Shown here piece by piece: positions 58,962 through 64,000 of a DNA stretch of 64,000 nt (position 1 is its first letter; every line of letters begins with the position of its first letter). The notes below the pieces were generated by a model. It was given only the letters and a program-made list of their open reading frames with translations, did no database searches and was not told the DNA's origin. This DNA comes from an uncultured Gemmatimonadaceae bacterium (lineage in GTDB: Bacteria > Gemmatimonadota > Gemmatimonadetes > Gemmatimonadales > Gemmatimonadaceae), in contig CAWHHI010000004.1 of the NCBI GenBank assembly GCA_963829055.1, forward strand, positions 480,001 through 544,000, read 5' to 3'. Position numbers and translations under genes: made by a program.

Positions 58962-59016
58962 AAACGAGAAGCCCCCGACGCTCACGTGAGCGTCCCGGGG
59001 GCTTCTCGTTTTCTTT
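58962..59016. terminator. Bidirectional terminator
   Basis: AAACGAGAAGCCCCCG..CGGGGGCTTCTCGTTT long stem between convergent genes. Confidence 0.75.
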
Positions 59017-59038
59017 CCGATTCGATCCGAGTCCCGAG

Positions 59039-60264
59039 CTACTCGTACCGCAGCGCCTGGATCGGGTCGAGCATCGCCGCGCGTCGCGCCGGCCACACGC
59101 CGAACACCACGCCGACTGCCGCCGAGAACATGAACGCCATGATCACGGCCGACGACGAGATCTGCGTGTTCCACTGGAAGCTGCGGCTCAGCATGTAGGC
59201 CGTACCGGAGCCGACGGCGATCCCGACGATCCCGCCGAGGATGCAGAGCACGATCGCTTCGATCAGGAACTGCGACGAGGATATTCGTCCGCGTGGCGCC
59301 GAGTGCCTTCCGGACGCCGATCTCGCGCGTCCGCTCGGTGACCGACACGAGCATGATGTTCATGATCCCGATGCCGCCGACGACGAGGCTCACCGTCGCG
59401 ATGCCCGCGAGCAGCAGACCGAACACGGCCGTCGTCTCGCCTAACGTGTTCAGGAAGTCGGACTGATTTCGGATGTTGAAGTCGTCTTCCTTTCCCGGCC
59501 GCAGGCGGTGCTCACGACGCAGCACCTTCTGAATCTCCGCCATCGCCAGCGGAATGTCGGTCTTCGCTGCTCGCGAGCACGTTGATCGAGCGAAGCCGGT
59601 CGGTGCCCATCGCGCGGAAGCGCGCGGTGTTGAGAGGAATGAGCACCTGCTCGTCGGGATTCCCGAAGCCCGACGCCCTGACCCTTGCTCTTGAGCACGC
59701 CGATCACGTCGAACTGAATGCCGCGGATGCGCACCGTTCGCCGACGAGCGCGATCGGGTTGTCGAATCCGAGCAGCTGCGCCACCGCCGGCCCGACGACC
59801 GCGACTCGGGCGCGCGCGGCGTCGTGACGCCGGGGTGAACATCTGCCCGGCCGTCGAGCTCGTACTTCCGAACCTCGAGGTAGTTCGGCGTCGTGCCGAT
59901 GATGGACGTGTTCGCGTTCCGATTGTTGTACTGAATCTGCAGCTGACGCTGCATCTCGGGCTGCACAGCGAGTGATGTGCTCGGCGTGCTCCTCGATTGC
60001 CTTCGCATCGTCCATCGTCATCTTCTGCTGATCGCCGCTCCGAATGCCACCCATGCCGAACGCCTGCCCCGGCATGACCGTCAGCAGCGTCGTCCCTAAC
60101 GCGGAGATGCGGTCCTTCACGGCCTTCTGCGCGCCGTTGCCGAGCGCGATCACGGCGATGACCGCGGCGACGCCGATCACGATGCCGAGCATCGTGAGGA
60201 GCGAGCGCAGCTTGTTCGCCCTGAGCGCGCCGAGCGCGACGCTGATGATCTCGCCGATGAGCAT
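59039..60264 (-). CDS. MacB/FtsX-family ABC permease
   Basis: NKLRSLLTMLGIVIGVAAV, SLVVGGIGIMNIMLVSVTERTREIGVRKALGA, PARRAA.LDPIQALRYE. Confidence 0.9.
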
Positions 60265-60274
60265 CGGTGTCTCG

Positions 60275-62157
60275 TTAGGGTCTGGCCTGACCGCCGCCGC
60301 CGGCGGCGCCGCCACGGCACCACCGCCGGCGCCGCCCGGCGCCGCGGCACCACCGCGTGGCGGCGTGAGGCCCGGCATACCACCCATGCCGCGGATGCGG
60401 TTGTTCTGCTCGTCGCGCTTCGCCTGCATCGCGGCGGCAGCGAGCAACGCGACCTGCTCGCCTTCCTTGATTCCGCTCACGACTTCGGTGTAGTCGAAGT
60501 TGCCGACGCCCAGCCGCACGATGCGCGGCTTGTACGTCGCCGTTCTCGGCGACGAAGACGAGGCTCGGACGCGGGCGCCGCGCCGGAAACTCGCCGGCCT
60601 GCACGGGAGTGGATACGCCGCCGCCGCGCTCCGGCACGAAGCCGCGATCGCCCTGGCTGCCCTGGCCCGCGCTGACCACGTCCAGCGACCTGTCGGCCGC
60701 CGCGGCCCGCTGAGTCGCCACCCGCACGCTGGCGGTCACGCATGCGACATGCGCCGGCGACGCGCGCATCGACGCCGGCGGATTCATAGATCTTCTGCGA
60801 CTCGGTGCGCATCTGCCTGGAAGTCGAGCTCTCCGCTCTGCACGCGGCCGCGGAGTCCGACGAGCTTCTGCTCCGCGTCCGGATGCTTCGCGAACGCGGC
60901 CTTCACGGCGTCGCAGTCCTTGTCGGTCACTTCGGGCATCTGGCCGCGTCCACCGCGACCCTGCTGGTCGCCCTGGTTCCCCTGGTCGCTCGCCAGCATC
61001 ACTTCGCCGCGTGACACGTTCGGCGTGGTCGCCCCGGTCGGCGCGGCGCCGCCGTTGCCGCCACCCTGACGTCCACCCATACCGCCGTTCATTCCGCCAC
61101 CGCCCATCGACGCCATCTGCGTGCGGATCTGCGCCTGTACCGAGTCCGGGTTGAGGCCGAGTGCCGCCGCCGCGGTCGCAGCTTCACGGACGTTGCGGAT
61201 CGCGTCGTTAGGTACCGCGACGCACGTTGTCGCGGCGGTCGATCAGGATGGACACCTCGCCGTTCATTCCCGGCTTGAGCAGTCCCTCGACGTTCGAGAT
61301 CGTGATGAGCACCGGGAACATCGTGACGCTTTGCTGCACGACCGCCTGGGGCTCGATCTTCTCCACCGTGCCGCGAAATGGCCGGTCGGGATAGGCATCG
61401 ACGGTGACCGTCGCGGCCATGTTCGGCTGGATCGTGCCGATGTCCGCCTCGGTCACGAGCGCACGCACTCGAACCTTGTTGAGGTCGGCCATCTTGATCA
61501 GCGTCGTGCCGCCGCCGAGACGAGCTCGTGCCCGACGTGATCACCTGGCCGAGGGAGACCGTCTTCTCGATGACCGTACCGGAGATCGGCGCGCGGACCG
61601 TCGCGTCCTCGAGGCGCTGCTGCGAAAGATCCAGGTTCGTGCGTGCGCGAACGAGCGCCGCCTGCGCGTTCGCGTAGTCGAGCACGGACGCTCTCCTGTT
61701 CCTGCGCGGTGATGATGCGTGCCTTGAAGAGATCGTCGGAGCGCTTCTTCTGCGACTCGGACACCTGCAGCTTCGCCTCTGCCGCGCGCACGTCGGCCAT
61801 CGACTGATCGTACTGGTTCTTCACGTCGCGCGTGTCGAGCTGAACGATGAGATCGCCCGGCTTGACCAGCGTCCCCGTCTCGACCGGCATCTGCGTGATC
61901 TGTCCCGACGCCTTGGACTTCACCTCGACGACGTTGATCGGCTCGACGGCGCCGGTGGCCGATGCATCGACGACGATGTCCCGTCGGTCGATGGCGGCGG
62001 TCGGGATCGGGACGGTCGACGCCTTCTTGCTCGTGCAGGCAACGACCGTCACGGCCGCAGCCGCGAGGCCGACGACGAGGGAGTGCGTGAAGCGTTTCAA
62101 CGGAGTAAGCCTCGGGGAGAGGACATGTGAGTCGTTAGGGTGCGGTCGAGGAGACAC
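60275..62157 (-). CDS. Efflux periplasmic adaptor subunit (MacA-like) with a Gly-rich insertion
   Basis: ASATGAVEP..VEVKSKASG, VRAPISGTVI, MADL..VTEADIG, LKPGMNG, YTEVVSGIKEGE. Confidence 0.85.
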
Positions 62158-62179
62158 GAGGTGGCGCTGATGCGCCTGC

Positions 62180-63478
62180 TCACATGTCCTTGCCGGTCAG
62201 CGTTTCGATCTGTGCCTTCGCCACGCGCGCATCGAAGCGCGCCTGGATCAGCGCGGAGCGCGCCTGGTTGAGCGTGACCTGCGAGCTGAGGACGTCGAGG
62301 AACGTGGACGCGCCGAGCTCATAACGACGCTGCTGGACCCGCAGGTCTTCGTCCGCCGCGGCGACCGACGCGAGCTGGATCTCCACCCGTTGCTGGGCGG
62401 TGCGGAACGCGCTGAGGTACTGCGTGAGCTGCTGCTGCGCGGCGAGCCGCGTGTCGCGGAGCAGTGCCTGCGCGTTGTTCTCCGTCACTCGAGACCTGAC
62501 GATCTGCTCCTCGCGCGCGCCCTGATTGAAGAATGGGAAATTGACATTCAGGCTCACGCCTTGGGAGTACGCAAACGGGTCGCTCCAGCCGAGGTATGGG
62601 TTGTAACCACTGCCGCCGCGATTAAACCGCAATGCGACGGTCGGCAGGTACGACGTCAACGATACACGTGCGTTCGCCCGTGCCGCGGAGTACACCTGTT
62701 CGGCCGTTTGCACCGCCGGTCCGCGAAGCGCGGCCGCTGCGATCTGCTCGCTGTCGGCGGCGAGCTCCATCGCCTCCGTCGTATCGCCCGCGGTGGCAGT
62801 GACGAGGAACGGCGTTGCGACGAGCCTGGTGAGCGAGGCGTTCGCGACGTTCAGGTTATTGCGAGCCTGCAAGAGCGCGAGCTGGCCGTTGCCGACCTGA
62901 ATGATGGCGCGCAACGAGTCGGACTTGGTCGCCGCGCCGGCGGCCACTTTGGCGCTCGCGGTCTTGAGCTGCTCCGTCGCCTGGTCGAGTTGGGCCTTTG
63001 CCGCCGACTCCGCTTCGCGCGCGGCGAGCACCGCGTAGTACTGCTGCTTCACGTTCAGCGACACGTTGTACTGCTGCAGCGTCTCGTTTGCCTCCGAAGC
63101 GTTGACGTTCGCCTTCGCGCTCTGAAGCCGAAACAGGCGGTTGCCGCCGTCGAACAGGTCGACGTTCATCGTCAGGCCCGTGGTGTACGATGTCTTGCCG
63201 TTGATCGAAATAAACTCGTTCCTCTCGCTCAATCGGTTGCCGCTCTGCTTGCTGGCGCCCGAGCTGAGCGACACCGTCGGAAGGTATGACAAGTACGCCG
63301 AGCGCACCGAGGCGGCGTTGGACCGCGTGGTACCCGCAGCCTGCACGGTCGTCGGCGAGTTTCGCTGCGCGAGCTGTACGGCTTCGCTGAGGCTAATAGG
63401 GTGTGCTACCGAATCGGCGCCCGCTTGAGCAGCGAGCGCCGTGGGGAACAGCAGAATCGTTAGGCCGAAACGTTTCAC
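62180..63478 (-). CDS. TolC-family outer-membrane efflux protein
   Basis: Intact ORF: ISLSEAVQLA, YLPTVSL, DLFDGG, YELGASTFLDVL. Confidence 0.9.
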   Translation of the reverse strand: MKRFGLTILLFPTALAAQAGADSVAHPISLSEAVQLAQRNSPTTVQAAGTTRSNAASVRSAYLSYLPTVSLSSGASKQSGNRLSERNEFISINGKTSYTTGLTMNVDLFDGGNRLFRLQSAKANVNASEANETLQQYNVSLNVKQQYYAVLAAREAESAAKAQLDQATEQLKTASAKVAAGAATKSDSLRAIIQVGNGQLALLQARNNLNVANASLTRLVATPFLVTATAGDTTEAMELAADSEQIAAAALRGPAVQTAEQVYSAARANARVSLTSYLPTVALRFNRGGSGYNPYLGWSDPFAYSQGVSLNVNFPFFNQGAREEQIVRSRVTENNAQALLRDTRLAAQQQLTQYLSAFRTAQQRVEIQLASVAAADEDLRVQQRRYELGASTFLDVLSSQVTLNQARSALIQARFDARVAKAQIETLTGKDM

Positions 63479-63847
63479 TTTGGGGTCTCCCGCTTCTCAC
63501 CCGGTTTCGGCTCTCGGAGGATCTGCTCGAAGCGGTCGAGCTGCTTCGGTGTCAGCAGGCCGCGGATCTGAGTGCGGCCACGCGATCGGATCGAGTCCAT
63601 CTGAGGCTTGATCGGCTTGAAAAGCGAATCGAACTGCCGGTGGCGATCGTCGAGTATCGAGTCCCACGCCGCGCGTTGCATGGCGTTGAGCTCGAGGCGG
63701 TCATAGAGGAGCGCCCTGGAGGCGCGGGGGTCACTGCTGTAGGTCGCGTCGCGCATCCAGACGCGATCGGCCGTGAAGCCGAGTGCGCCGCCGACGAGCA
63801 CGGCACCGAGCAGAAACTCGATGGCGACATTCTTCGAACTGCTGCAT
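63475..63847 (-). CDS. Spy/CpxP-like periplasmic protein
   Basis: N-terminal TM segment, LELNAMQ, IRGLLTPKQ (LTxxQ motif). Confidence 0.65.
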
Positions 63848-63859
63848 TGCGTACCCTCG

Positions 63860-64000
63860 TCAGTAGCCCATGAGCGAGCGAAGCGTCGCGTCGCGCGTGC
63901 TGTGGCTCGGACCGCGAGCGATCGTCGGGCCCGCGACCGGAATCACTGACGCCGATTCCATCACGGCTTCGTACGCGAGCCGCTCCTGGGCTTCACGTTC
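63860..64000 (-). CDS. C-terminus of a hypothetical protein (possibly an anti-sigma factor), truncated by the window edge
   Basis: Open frame ..RLAYEAVMES..TRDATLRSLMGY*; the identity is inferred from its position only. Confidence 0.35.
   Translation of the reverse strand, partial: EREAQERLAYEAVMESASVIPVAGPTIARGPSHSTRDATLRSLMGY

Noticed and set aside
1087..63465. GTTAGGC/GCCTAAC as integron attC core sites (GTTRRRY/RYYYAAC)
   Set aside because: Copies are mostly single, intragenic and on both strands. They are not arranged as paired ends flanking cassettes, and there is no intI. The one suitably spaced pair (38950-39080) lies inside the M23 catalytic domain.
1087..63465. TTAGGC/TTAGGG as telomere-type repeats or eukaryotic contamination
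   Set aside because: The copies are never tandem and are embedded in clearly bacterial coding sequence.
1..64000. Mass pseudogenisation or programmed frameshifting
   Set aside because: Indels hit almost all genes, including leuS. They often fall in homopolymers or CG/GC dinucleotide runs and leave the motifs intact, which is typical of long-read error.

Overview
This is a high-GC (roughly 68-70% by eye) bacterial chromosomal segment. Its gene content (PadR plus ADOP permease, CarboxypepD/plug/TonB proteins, a PorV-like barrel, LeuS style) suggests Gemmatimonadota; that assignment is inference. Nearly every gene, including the essential leuS, is broken by 1-2 bp indels. I read this as uncorrected long-read error rather than pseudogenisation, so most CDS coordinates are reconstructed across frameshifts and are approximate. 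The window holds about 47 CDS: an indole/anthranilate-type catabolic cluster, the ergothioneine genes egtB-egtD-egtA, rnhA, hbd, leuS, kup, an MCP, a hybrid kinase, and TolC-MFP-MacB efflux genes. I saw no rRNA, tRNA, CRISPR array, integrase or transposase. Most interesting signals: (1) the non-palindromic word YGTTAGGC recurs about every 1.5 kb on both strands, mostly inside genes and using rare codons, like a DNA-uptake/HIP-type sequence; (2) an isatin-hydrolase-like cyclase is translationally coupled to a ComDE-like ThDP decarboxylase near anthraniloyl-CoA monooxygenase, a candidate new isatinate route; (3) heptamer-built palindromic elements appear to be translated inside proteins, including LeuS; (4) an RNase HI with natural E48A/D134N-equivalent changes is coupled to a mini WYL-like protein; (5) there is an unexplained rod-like intergenic RNA candidate.
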